A program made the translations under genes and the position numbers. A stretch of DNA of 63,977 bases, counting the filler, from Reticulomyxa filosa (lineage: Eukaryota > Protista > Foraminifera), in the NCBI GenBank assembly GCA_000512085.1. It is 14 parts of 14 records of this genome, joined end to end, with 100 filler letters (N's around TTAATTAATTAA, not from the genome) between each part and the next. Parts side by side here need not be neighbours in the genome. Positions count along the whole stretch, not along the records: positions 6,002 to 10,353 come from ASPP01008761.1; positions 10,454 to 11,760 come from ASPP01042456.1; positions 11,861 to 15,199 come from ASPP01002563.1; positions 15,300 to 25,486 come from ASPP01010711.1; 10 more parts are not named here. One strand, given 5' to 3'. Of the stretch, positions 10,246 to 23,376 are shown in pieces; the first letter of the stretch is position 1, and every line of letters starts with the position of its first letter. Below the pieces are notes generated by a model. The model had not been told where the DNA came from. It saw only the letters and a program-made list of their open reading frames with translations, and ran no database searches.

Positions 10246-13200
10246 GTTAAGTGCACACGTTTGATTTCCAATTGATATATATGTATATATATATATATTC
10301 ATATATATTCATATATATCATATATATTCATATTTATTCATATTTATTTATTTNNNNNNNNNNNNNNNNNNNNNNNNNNNNNNNNNNNNNNNNNNNNTTA
10401 ATTAATTAANNNNNNNNNNNNNNNNNNNNNNNNNNNNNNNNNNNNNNNNNNNNCAAATATAAAAAGATGCACGAAGAACAACACAAATGCACGGAAAATG
10501 CGCATATATGTCAAATTACTCGTCGAGCATGTGAGTACTATTGTATCAAGCCATTTGGACATAGTTGTGCAATATGTAGAATACAAAGGTAGAAAACATG
10601 TTAGTTGTACGAATAATCTCTAGCAATTTTTCTTTCAATCTTTTTAATCTCAGGAAAGCAAGTGTCACTTTATGCATTTCCTTTTCAAGACAAAGAAAAG
10701 CCTTGTAAGGCATTCTTTTTTTTTAGTTCGTAATTATTAGTTCTGAATTATTCTGAAACAAAAAAACTTTAAAGTTCTTTGTTTTTAAAAAAACCTTTCC
10801 ATTTTGGTATTTTGTGAACTTCCAAAAACTTTTCTTTCTGATAAGTTATATCGTAACAAATAACATAATAACTCAAGAGATCAAGAAAAGAAAATCTGTT
10901 TATTTTAATTTTATGAGCGAAAGGAAGTTATATTCAAATTCATGTTTTTTTGGAGTAGAGTTTTGGGGATAAAATTTTTTGTTTTGAGTAGGGGTATTTC
11001 ACACTATTTAAGAAATAAATATGCCCAAAGTATATGCAATTCAATAATGTACTTTAGAGTTAAATGTCCCTTTTTTAAATGAGTGCGCATCATAAAGTCT
11101 TTTTTTAGTACTTTTATTCAATAATATCGATACTCTAATAATAACAATTAAAACAATGAATATTTTATTATTTCACAAAATAGAAAAGAAGATATCCAAT
11201 TGATGGTATTAATTAAGCGAAGTTTGGAGTGAGTGTTTGTATTTGATTTTGTAAAGAAATGCGAATATGCATTTCATTGGTCGAGTTTGTTTGAAATTGA
11301 TAAATCAATTTGTTTACAGTGGCTTGCAATTTGTTTGTGTCAAGTCTTTCTTTATTTAATTGTTTGATTAAATTGGTTATTTTATTTTCGATTGCAACTT
11401 GTGTTGTTTCATTTATTAAATTCTCTGTTATTTCTTTTGTATTATTTGTCATTCTTAGCAGTTCGTTGAGTATCATTGAGATCTTGCAACAGTTGCTGAT
11501 ATACCTTATGCAAATGTTCTTCTGTCCAGGTCACCCTCGTGGGATATTTGCCTCTACTTCGTTGTCGACGTGCAATCCTCCGAAATAGTCTGGAGTTTTG
11601 CTATGTCGAGGTTCGCTTCTGCCAAACTTGTGCTATTGCACATTTGTACAACTCACTCTGTTCATTTGTTCATTGGGCAAAGATAAAAAAAATTCAAACA
11701 ACACCATTTCCTCTTCCGAATTGTTGTCCTCATTCTTGTGTTTCTTGTCTTCATTGACTTNNNNNNNNNNNNNNNNNNNNNNNNNNNNNNNNNNNNNNNN
11801 NNNNTTAATTAATTAANNNNNNNNNNNNNNNNNNNNNNNNNNNNNNNNNNNNNNNNNNNNTTGAAAACAATGACATGGAATGTAATGCAACGCAGGAAAT
11901 TTATTATTACTCACTGCTTCATCGCTAAAATATGCAGTAATGTCGTTATAAAGACAGATCTAAATCATCTGAAAAATACGATTAATGCAGGTCGGAAATA
12001 AAGCAAGTAAGTTTTTGGGAAAAAAGAGATTTATAAGTTCTACTACAATTATATGCTGCAATTGCGTATTCATTTTCCCAAAAAAAACTTTCAGAAAATA
12101 CCTTGTTAAACTCTACAAAAAAATTTCTTTTCGTGTTATATTTTTTGATGAAATTGTAATTTTCTCTTTTTTTTTTGGTTTGGTAGTTGAATGTATGCTT
12201 TTTTGTTCCTTTTTGAACTTTTTTTGGTCTCATTTGCATCAATTCATTTCTACTGCAATGACAAACTTTTTTTTGCAATACAACATCCTACAAAAAAATT
12301 CTTTTTTTTTAACAAAGAATATGATTGAATAATCCAATGGCAAATAACAACTAACAACAATCTGAATAATAAATATCTTTGGTCAATATTTTTGTTTTCA
12401 TAGAGTTTGAATCCTATTTCATCTCAAGGGTAAATCATTTTTCGAATAAATGTTGTTATTACTATTTTTCATTTATTGCAAAGAAATATCAACTTCTGTT
12501 CAAATGTTTTACACTTAAACCAAGAATTTTCTCACAAATAGCAAATACATTGTACAGGACATTCGCATTAAAAGCATAAACACTGCCACTTGTTTTTTCA
12601 GAGAGTTGACAAAAAAGATGAAAGATACAAAAATAAAAAAAATGGAATCAGCCCCTTTTTGAGTACCTTTTCAGTTGTCTGAGTTTGTCGTCGTATTTTA
12701 TTATGAATTATATTTTCACTTTCTTTTATTTGGTGTTCTTTTTTTTTGGAACGTTTTTAACAGGTGCACTTTTTTTGGTTCAATTGGACCATAAAGCTTT
12801 GTTGAACGTGTGAATAAGATCGAAGAGAAGATTTTAAAAAAATAGAAGGAACGAACTTTCTGAGACATGGAAATTTTTAAGGCTGTCATAAGGATGTTGA
12901 CAGCACAAAATCACTGTGGCTATCATTGAATGAGTACATCACAACCATTACTTTTTTCTTGTGGTTGTCATAATCGAATTGATGTTAAATTTGACTAACA
13001 AAACAAACTCTCAAAATTTTGCGCGTATTCACAAAATACCCTTCTCCTTGTTCCTTTACGAGTGTAAGCAGACAAACATAAAGATTCGAAACTAAAGAAA
13101 CTAAAAAAACTTGAACTACTATTCCAATTATAAGACATTTTCAATTGATTTGATAAAAATATAATTTTGAATTAAAAAATTACGATGAGTTGAATAGTTA

Positions 13201-15367
13201 CATCATTTGTTTTCTTCCTTGTTTTCAATGTTTACAAGGATAGAATTTACATTCCCGGATTGCCGAGGAAATTTCTTGTATGAAAGTGATTAAAAGATTT
13301 CAATGAGGCGATTATGATCTTTTTTTAATAAAAAAATATTTTTGATGTTATACCCAATTGTTCAAAACTAATTGAAAATTTATTTTGTATTTGCTCCATC
13401 AAAATAAAAATGATAATTGTCTGTTATTCTCTTAATTCTACATTTGAAAAAATTATTGTTTGATTCATTCAACTAATGACATTTAACATTATCGTTAATG
13501 TAATGCTAAATAGACTTTTACCTTGAAATGAATAACCCTTTTTGCAGTCGAAAGGTTTCTTTATAAACTATAGGAGGATAACTTTCTGGAGCAACAAAAA
13601 GACAATGGTGAAATAAAATACAAAGCAGAGAAGATGAAACACCTCTTTGATATTCTATCATTCAAATACATTTGAGGAATTTTTGTGCTATTCAAACTCT
13701 TACCATTTGATAAAAAAATTGCAATATTCTTTTTTCAGGCATACTTACACACATATATTCATCAAAATTGTTCATTAAGACATAATTACAGCGTCTGAAG
13801 AACAAATTTAGATAAATTGGTTGAATTAACAACATAGTTAATCAAATAAACAATCACTTTCACTTGTAACCAACATATTTGATTCTTGTCCTTGTCCACA
13901 TAAAAAAAAATTAAAGTATCATATCCAAATGAATTATTGTGTAATTTTCGATTAACAATTAAATTATTTATAAAATTTTTGATATCTTTTTTTTGTCATT
14001 TAAGAACTTATGTTACATACAAAATCATATTTTAATTCATTTCCAAAATTTCTCAATAATATATTTTATCCTTTATTTCAATACTTGATAAGTTAAACCA
14101 TTTTACATTGTCAATATATTTACTAATATCAATCATTATTATCAATGCTTTTTGAATAGTTTTGATCACTTGTATTTATTGTTGCTGTTGTTATGATGAT
14201 TTCTAAATGACTTGATAACAATTATCTTGAAATAAATTTTGATCTGTTTGAATAACAGTTCCATAATTATTAATAAACAGTCAAATTACAAAAGAAAAAA
14301 AGAATTTTGTTTTCAAAAATATTTTTAAGAAAAAGAGTCAATTCCCTTTTTTTCTTTTTTCTATATCTTTCATGTGGAATATGCTTTGACAACTTGCAAA
14401 GAGTAAATCATTGTTGAAAAGAAAAGAATTTTTAAAAAACTTAGATGAAAAACGACTGTTGCAACAACCGTACCGATGATGTCGTTATGCAACCGTGTAC
14501 CAAATGTGTTTTGTGATATTTCTGCTTGTCCATTGAACATTTTATGCAATTGGATATTCTTTGTTGAGCATTCTCCAATAATCCATTTTAAACAAGTTAT
14601 CTTATTTTCTCCACTCCAAATTGATTCAAATGCTTTTGTCTCTTTGCCATCAAGTTTCATGTTGTCCGTCTATTTCTTTTTTTTTGAAGAAAGTGCACAA
14701 TATGAAATGTTGTCATCGATTTCCACACTTGTTTGCACTTCATGTTTTCTTTCATTGCTAATTATTGTTTGAAATTTCTTATTGACTTTTTACAAACTGG
14801 AGATTTACATTTTAATTATCAAATAACAAACATCTTTTATTTGGAAAAGTATGCAAGAATTGTGAATCAAGTTCTTTTTTTTACTTTGAATGTTTAAACA
14901 CCCAGAATAGGATGGTACTTTCATACCTCCACAATATTATTCAATTATACTCAGGGATTCTCCTGAACCATTAAGTATCAGCAGAATCTTTTAAAAAAAT
15001 TTCAAAATTATTTTTTTTTATTTTTTTTATTTTGGGAGGGATGACATAATGCATTGTCACATCATGATTGGAGGATCTATGCATGTTTTATTTCATTGTG
15101 ATATTATGTTATTAACGAATATTAAGATTAAAGGAGTTCATTGTGCACAAAAAATTGATATAATTGGCAACTTGCCACTAAAATTTCAAAATTTAATCAN
15201 NNNNNNNNNNNNNNNNNNNNNNNNNNNNNNNNNNNNNNNNNNNTTAATTAATTAANNNNNNNNNNNNNNNNNNNNNNNNNNNNNNNNNNNNNNNNNNNNT
15301 TTTTTTTTTTTTTGAATATGAAAGCCCTTTTGGGGAGAAAAGAGGAAAAAAAAAAAGGGACCCTCAC

Positions 15368-16538
15368 CTGTCGCTATTTTCAACAAGTTCATGAATGGAT
15401 AAAGTGGCATTATAAGGTTCCACGACGACATCACTAACCTTTGGAGACGGATAGACCCTATAAAAAAAAAGTATTTGTTTTTCAAAGTGGAAATTGAAGT
15501 CAAAAAAAAAAAACTTAACGAGAATGTGGCAGTAATACGGTCTGGAAAATTGTCTCTGATTCTTGTTAACAGCAATGTTCCCAGCCCAGAGCCTTTCAGA
15601 TCAAAAATGGCAAATGCAGTAAAAAATAAGAAAAAAAAAAGATCTTTTTGAAATACCTGTACCACCACCCAATGAATGCGTAATTTGAAAACCTTGTGGC
15701 GCTTCACAAGACTATTGAGTTTGTTTTTTTTTTTTTTGACAATAAAAAAAACCCGGCTCGGGAACATTACAGAGAGGACATGCATCTAGATATGTTTGTT
15801 CCCTTAACAATCACTCTTCCTCCTTTTGGCAAAAAAAAAAAAAAAAAAAAAAAACTTGACAAAACTTCTGCTTCACGTCGTGCTACTTCCACACATTCGT
15901 CAATGACGTTAGTACCATCCGTGTAAAATCCTTTTGCCCAGTTGTTCCCTGGAATTTACAATTATTTTGATTTGTTTTTCTTTCGATTTTCTTGTAAGTA
16001 AGCAAAAAGAAATAGATTGATGGAAAAATAAAAATCACCTGCACCAGCAGCTCCAACAACAAAATTGTCTGGTTTAAACATTTTTCCACGAGGGCTTTCT
16101 TTAACTACATCAATGACACCAGGTTCCAAATCAATAAGTATCGCCTAAACAAACAAAACAGTTATTTTATTGTGTAAAGTGCCAAAATAGCACAGCTATT
16201 GTATTTTTAACTCTTGGAACAAATCTTTTATTTCCAACTTCTCGAAAGCTATACAGTTTAATTTTTGTTTAGTGATTTTTCTGTTAGTTCCCCCTTCGCT
16301 AAAAAATAAAATTTTTCTGGTATAAAAGCACATAATCCATAAACAGCGATAACAAACACGTGGTACTCAACTAAACGCCAATCTTATTTAGTCGAAGTTG
16401 GTCTTCTTCGTTATCTTCTCGGCCCAGAAACTTACCGTCGTTTTCCAATCGATGCTCAGTGCACATGGTTTCCCAAAATACATTTCCTATTTGATTTCCG
16501 CATTGGCCAACTTGCATATGAATGATTTCTCGAACCAT
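15368..16538 (-). CDS. TUBB: Divergent beta2 (Retaria/foraminiferal type 2) beta-tubulin, 7 visible exons (3' truncated)
   Basis: Spliced [29 protein letters not shown]...IGVY|[12 protein letters not shown]|AILIDLEPG...[11 protein letters not shown]|[12 protein letters not shown]...REAE|[18 protein letters not shown]|GSGLGTLLL...[10 protein letters not shown]|[22 protein letters not shown]. All introns are GT-AG. Not recovered by the ORF track. Confidence 0.96.
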
Positions 16539-16945
16539 CTTTCTCTTTTAGAATATTATATCGACTTCAAAAAAATTTTAACAAAGGCCTTTTCGGGTTT
16601 TGGCCAGTACTAACCTGCATTAAATATCAATCATGATAATGTTGTATTGTAAGATTTGTAATAGAGATGAACTTATTGCTTTACAAATTAAAAGATTTTT
16701 TTGGATCTAACTCGACAAAACAAACTACTGGTACAACTTTTGGCCCTTTTCTAGGTCGAACCGTTAAATATCGTTCAGAAGATGGATGCAATCTCATGGT
16801 TGGAATTTTTCCGTGAATCATTTTTTTTCACACTAAAATTTGAAAAAAGTTCTCGACAACAAGTAGGAAGGTTTCTTTTATTTCTTGGTTTGGCTTGAAG
16901 TGAACAAACGACGTCAAAACCAATCTTAAATCATACTCCGCTCAC

Positions 16946-17914
16946 ATGTGTACACAGCTTGCAGTCTGGGATGCGATAGGTTTTATCAGCACATGTTATA
17001 TATTGATATCAACTGTGGTAATATTCCTCGAATTGGTAGTAGGATTTGCTGCACCATACGGAAAGTTCTATTCGAGCAATTCTTTGGGAAAATGTCCTGT
17101 CCCTCCGAGATTGGCTTGGTTTCTCCAAGAATTGCCCTCGTTTGCTGTTTCTGGTTATTTTTTGGTTCAAAGTCTGCAGTATAAGGTATATCGGTGTGTA
17201 CATGACATCGCAATTGTTTTTCATGAATTGTTGCTAGGAAGAAGATAATAACAAAACTGTGTGATATAACAACACAAAAGGACGTGTCATGGATAAATCG
17301 TGGATTACTGTCGTTGATGGTGTTTCACTATTTTAACCGCACATTTATTTACTCTTTCCGAATCAAAGGTGGCAAACCAACTGCTTTCATGGCTTGTGCA
17401 TTAGCGGCAGTGTTTACTGCAATCAATGGATATTTGCAAAGCCTTTGCTTAATTCAATTCAATGAATATCAGATTCATAACACTTCAGAACCTCGTCTTT
17501 TCATTGGAGTCGCTTTATTTGTCATTGGATTTTTCATTAACTTCCATTCGGATAATATCTTGAGAAATTTAAGAAAGCCTGGCGAAAAGGACTACAAAGT
17601 TCATCCATTATTAATTTATATGTTTTTGTCACATTCTTTGACACAAATAAAAATCAAAAATGATAAAATATAATAATATTTGGCAGATTCCTCGTGGTGG
17701 ATTTTTCGAATATGTAACAAATGCACACTATTTTGGTGAAAATTTGGAGTGGTTAGGATTTGGCATTGCTGGAAACAATGTTGGTGGATATGTGTTTGCT
17801 TTATTTACTTTTGCAAATTTATTTCCAAGGGCTGCTCAGTCACATCAATGGTATCTCAAGAAATTTGATAACTACCCCAAAAATAGAAAAATTTATATTC
17901 CTTTTCTGCTGTGA
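16946..17914 (+). CDS. SRD5A: Steroid 5-alpha-reductase (DET2/SRD5A family), 3 exons
   Basis: APYGKF, AWFLQELPS, HYFNRTFIY, NGYLQ, INFHSDNILRNLRKPGE, IPRGGFFEYVTNAHYFGENLEW and NLFPRAAQSHQWY. Confidence 0.93.
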
Positions 17915-18573
17915 AAAAAGCACTTTCATTATCACTACTTCTTTTTTGAAGCACCTGTGTTATTGCCTTTGTGCGTCCTTGTCCTAATATCTTGACAGAT
18001 TTTAAAAGTCAAAACAACAAACAAATCTTTAAAATTATTTCAACAATTACATTTTATTTCTCTGATCCAGCTGTAGTAAACTTTGAAGTTTCTAATTTTT
18101 TGAACCGATTTTGTATTAATTCATAACACATCCCTTTAGCACGTGTTTTACTCCCAAGAGGAAGCTAGGAAATAGATACATAATTTTACATAGTGGTGTT
18201 GTTTTAAATGGATTATAATTATTGTTTAAATCTTGCCACATTCACGTTATTCCTTTTCGTAAATCTACCAAATGCCCTTCAAATTAATCTTTGAAAAAGG
18301 CACTACAAACGGACAACAATTAGCATTAAAATGCAATGTTGATGCTAAAACAGCAATGATTTTTATTTCTCATAACTTTTTTGGAACATGCTGATAAACA
18401 TAGCTGACAAAGAATATACATTAAACCACAATATAGCGTAAAAACAAGAACATGTGACCCCACAAGATAGTGAAGGAAGAAAATAAGATTGGCTATTACA
18501 CCTCAAAGATCAAAATAAAGAGGGAGGGAGAATATTATATTATGGTAGATTGATGAAAGTAAAACAAAAGGAA

Positions 18574-20330
18574 TTAGCGATTAAAGAACTGTTTGATAAT
18601 AGTTTTGAAAGGATAAATAGAATGATGTCCATCTGACCATTTGACATAAAAAGCGTAGTTACCTTTTGGTTGAACAAAGAGAGCTTGTATATTGGTATCT
18701 ACCGAAGTAGGATTTAGTTTCTGCGTGCCAGTGAACTCATCAACGCACGCAGCACATTGACAAGAACGTCTCAAGTCGACAAAAGGGATATCAAGTTCCA
18801 AGTCTTGGGAAGTCTCGTTGAAGATGGATTCTGTGGAACAGTGAGTTTGAGAATGGATGAATGAGAATCCAAAGCCCAAGAAGGGTGTTGGGTAAGCGTG
18901 TGCAATCTATCAATTTCGACAACAACGCTCTTGGCCATGAGATCAAAGACGTCTCGAATAGGTTGACTTTGAGGACTTTGATCCAATACAACAGGATCAC
19001 CACAGTCCGATCGAGAGGAGATCAAAGGGACAATAGGCAGTTGATACACCTGTTGAATTCCAAATTGTTGGACAATTGATTGGCGATATCCTGGTCCAAA
19101 TGGATAAGTTTCTTCTCCGCATTTGTTGCAAATGATTTTCGACATATTTTCGACAACGGCGATGGTAGGAACGTTCATCGTATCAAACATTTGAATGCCT
19201 TTAATCACATCCACAAATGATAATTTTTGTGGCGTCGTAACAACCACAGCTCTGTTTTTGTAAAGATGTGAGTATACACTTGTGCATAGGATGAAATGAG
19301 ATTCAAAGCAAACAAACGAAAAGTAATTACGCTTGAATTTGGATATTTTGACATAAAGTCAAATGGATATCACTGGTACCAGGAGGCATGTCGATGACCA
19401 AATAGTCCAAATCGCCCCATTTTGTGAACGTCAAAAGCTCGTGGACCACCTGAGTGACCATTGGTCCTCTCATTGCGGCCAGACCCGTGTGTGGATGACT
19501 CCCCGCGGCTCCAGTTTTCACAAAGCCAAAGGACATGCAATCGACTCCTTCGTAGCGCAAAGGCAAAAGCATGTTCTGCTGATCCTTTCGAATGATCGTG
19601 TCTTTGGGAGATATCATCGTGGGCAGAGAGGGACCAAAGATATCGGCGTCGTAAATGCCGACGCGGTGATTCAATTTCGACAACGAATAGGCCAAGTTCA
19701 CTGCAATGGTAGATTTGCCTACTCCTCCTTTGCAGCTGCTCACTGCAATCACGTGCTTCACTTGTGAAAGACCTCGATCTCTTCCAACGCGTGAAGATGA
19801 CGACGAAGACGTTGTCTTTGCGTCGATTTGTCTATTATCATTTGTCTTTGCCATTGCCACTCGAACTTCGATCGTGTCTTTTCCAAAGGCTTCCAACAGC
19901 TTGCTTTGATCTGTCCTTTTCTCACACGAAATGATTGATCGAGCTCCAATTCCACACACACTATTTTCTTTGTCGTCTTGGAAACATCCGCGGAAATTCG
20001 CGCGCTTTTATTCACACTGGGTTCCATCACATTCACAATGCGACTTTTATTTTCCATTTCTGTTTCATCTCTTATTTCAATACTTTTTATCAATCCGTTA
20101 TATATTATATCCTCTCTTGACTCTCCTCCTGCTTTTATCGTTCTCAATACATCCACCACTTTCTGTTTCATTTCTTTCTTTTCTCTTTCCAACTCTTCTT
20201 TTTCATTTTCTTTTCCATTTGAACTTCTTGTTGACATTCTTCCAACAAACACTGCATTTATTCCTTGTCTCCTCAAATCATTCTTCTCACTTCTGATCTT
20301 TGATTGCGCGAATGTACTAACATTTCTCAT
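18574..20330 (-). CDS. HCF101: HCF101-type Mrp/NBP35 Fe-S cluster carrier (DUF59-like, ParA/Mrp ATPase, DUF971); two apparent 1-nt frameshifts
   Basis: IAVSSCKGGVGKST, DADIFGPSLP, WGDLDYLVIDMPPGTSD, VTTPQKLSFVDVIKG, ENMS, CNKC, and C-terminal LRRSCQCAACVDEFTG...PKGNYA..VKWSDGHHSIYP. Intron at about 19252-19330; frameshifts at about 19905 and 18820. Confidence 0.88.
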
Positions 20331-20920
20331 TTTATTTGAATTTTGATTCAAGTCTTGTCATATCACAACATTTTTTAAAAAGGTTTTGGTTATGTTTTTC
20401 TAAGTTGTTTTTCGTTCATCTTTATTTGCTCACTTAAGATAGACTTTGAAGCGCAGGGGGTCATTAGAAATTTGTATCTCAAATCAGTTGAGATGCACTG
20501 TCTACCCAACAGCAATCTTGACATGCACATTTTGAATTATTATTATTTTTTTCATATACAGCCGACTCCCTCAGAGACAAGCCAAAATACTCGAATTAAA
20601 AAAGTGGAAGATGAAATTTTGTAAGTCCTTGTAAGGAATCAAATTTCTATATTTTTGAAATAAAACAAAGAAAATATCTGCTTTATTTTAATAATTTTCC
20701 TCGGACAAGTTTTTGCGTCTTCAATAAACATTTCCGTGATTGTTCTATTCCATCACATAACGTAAAAATGTGCACAATCTAAAGAAAGATTAGCCCACGT
20801 ACTAAATCATCACTATATTAATATTACAAGCCCTTTTTCTTTTTGGTAATTTTTCCTCTAGCATTGAGAGGAAAATAACGATTATAATTTGCGTGCAAGC
20901 TTTCTAAAGGTACAAAAAAC

Positions 20921-23376
20921 ATGGGTAATTGTGGAGCATGTAGAGAAGAGGAAAGAGAAAACTCAGAGTCTCGGTCGGCGACCTCTCAAAGCCATCGCAG
21001 CAATATTTCCGAGCACACAAACTTGGCGGTGACCGAAAAGAAAAATCAACATGTTGAAGAAAAGCAACCAAAAGAAAACAAGGACAATGTCAGCAATAAC
21101 ACAAATACAACGGTTAACGATACTACCAATAACAAGGACAATAACACAAACGAAATGAAAAACAACAATGTGCCGGCAGAAAATGCAGGAAATGGATTAC
21201 GACTAAATGAGCTAAAAATAAAACTCAACAAAGGACCATTTCATTTTGTACCAGACGGACATGTGTTACAGAATGTATATAGTCTATTTGATGTGGAAAA
21301 AGAGTTGGGGCGTGGTGCGTCGTGTCGAGTACTGAGAGTGTCGAGAAAATCGGATAAAAAATTGATGGCAATAAAAGAAATGAAACGAGACGATAGATGG
21401 AACCCAATGTTATTTGAACAAGAAGTTTACATGTTGCAAAAACTATCGGGGCATCCAAATATTTTGCAGTTTTTTTTGTGTTATTTTCTTTTCTTTTTTT
21501 TTTGTGTTATTTTTTTTTTTTTTGACGTTTATTATACGTATTCTTTGATGATCTTATGAAAACAGTTACGAAGATTGTTATATGGATGATAAAAATTTTT
21601 ACGTATGCACAACGTTATGCACTGGTGGGGAGTTGTTTGGTAAGTTTTTTTTTTTGCAGGTTTATTTGTTTCCAAAAAAAAAAAATATACCCTTGAAAAC
21701 GCCAATATTGAAATGGTCAATACAGACAGAATAAAAGAATTGAAAAATTTTCCTGAAAAAGACGCAATAGAGGTAACCAAGACTATATTGGATGCCATTG
21801 GGTATTGTCATGAAAGGAACATTGTTCACAGAGATTTGAAGCCTGGTTTGTATTTTTTTTTCTCTCCCCTAACAAACGTGCACGCGCGTTTATGACGCAT
21901 CCTCATATGCATATGACTATCGCTCGCAATGTGGCTATTTCCTTCCCCTTCTCCTCAAATCTGCAAAAAAAAAAAAAACCCTGTGCAATGTTGGATGTGT
22001 TTGTGATGACAAATAACAAGAAAATATTGTTTATGCCGATCAAACACGTGAAAAATTAGTAATAATTGATTTTGGTGACGCCAAAGAAGTGACTGATGAA
22101 TCAACATATGACGATTTTGGTAAAATAAAAAAAAATGTGACACTTACATTTGTATTGTTTTTTGTTGATCATTTTTTGGGGGGGGGGGGGGACAAAAAAA
22201 AAGTTGGAACGGCCTTTTATTTGGCTCCTGAAGCAATTCGCAAAAGGACAGGATATGAATTGAAACGATCGGATATGTGGACGATTGGAGTGATAACATA
22301 CGTGTTAGTAACAGGACGTCCACCATTTTGGGGGCGTGAAAATAAAGAAATCATTCGAAAAATAATCCGTGGAGTCGTTCGTTTTCCGAATACCATCAAA
22401 CTGAGTGAGAGTTGTCAAAATTTTATTCTTTCATTGCTTCAAAAAGACCCCCAAGCACGAATGTCAGCCAAAGAGGCATTACAACATCCCTGGATTACTG
22501 GCGAACAGGCCGACGCATATGGAGAAGAGATATTACTTAATGTTGCTGCTCTTGGCAAATCAAGTTTAACTAACAATCTCTTCTATTCTTATTTCCTAAA
22601 ATTCATTTTTCATTCTTTTTGATACACGTCATGCAATACAAATGCACGAAAAGAGAAGGCCATATATAATTTGTGTGAAAGTGTTTATGTATTGTGTGAA
22701 TATGACCTGTCCTACAAAATATGGAATATTTTGTGAAAAGGTAAATTGAAACAGTTGATAGTAACAACAGTTGCCTCGAACTTAGATAACAAACATCGCA
22801 AAGAATACGAGAATCAATTTAAAGCAATTGATAAAAACCAAGATGATTTAATCGATTGGGAAGATGCTGAAAAGTTTATTAAAAAAATCTTTTCCGATCT
22901 CACAGGCATTGATGCACAAGAAGTTGCAAAAAATCTAATCCAAAATATTACTGGAAATTGTGATAAACCAATCACAAAAGAGAATTGGAATAATGCCAAT
23001 GTTTCCAAACTTCTTTCTTCTGATCATCTTATTGCCAGACAATTTAAAAGTTAAAAGATAAACAGTTACAATAAAAAATAATATAATCTTTTTTAACAAA
23101 GAATAAGCGTTAAATCTGCAATTGCAATGCTATTTTTTGAAACTTATTTCTTTTTGTTTCTTGTTTGGATTAAGAACTGGACGTGGACGAAGACGCTTTT
23201 TAAGTGCTCAGGACCTCGTACAGATATTCGATGAATTGTCTCTTGAACATGTGCAAGAAATCATTGATGAAATCGATCTCGATTCTGACGGTCAGATCAA
23301 TTTTGAAGAATTCAAACGCACTATGCAATTTGAACCCGGTTATATATCACCCAAACAGCAACAAAAACAACAATAA
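20921..23376 (+). CDS. Calcium-dependent protein kinase (kinase + EF-hands), 7 exons
   Basis: MGNCGAC acylation motif; ELGRGASCRV, AIKEM, HRDLKP|EN, DFG, APE and DMWTIGVI. EF loops DKNQDDLIDWED and DLDSDGQINFEE. One base is missing at about 23195. Confidence 0.93.

Noticed and set aside
10454-11760. Coiled-coil-like ORF fragments on the minus strand (11213-11476 and upstream)
   Set aside because: No consistent splice model or recognisable domain; possibly a decayed gene.
11861-15199. Very AT-rich contig with short protein-like ORFs (for example 14370-14660)
   Set aside because: Stops in all frames and no identifiable motif. Probably an old pseudogene or intergenic DNA, but I cannot support a call.
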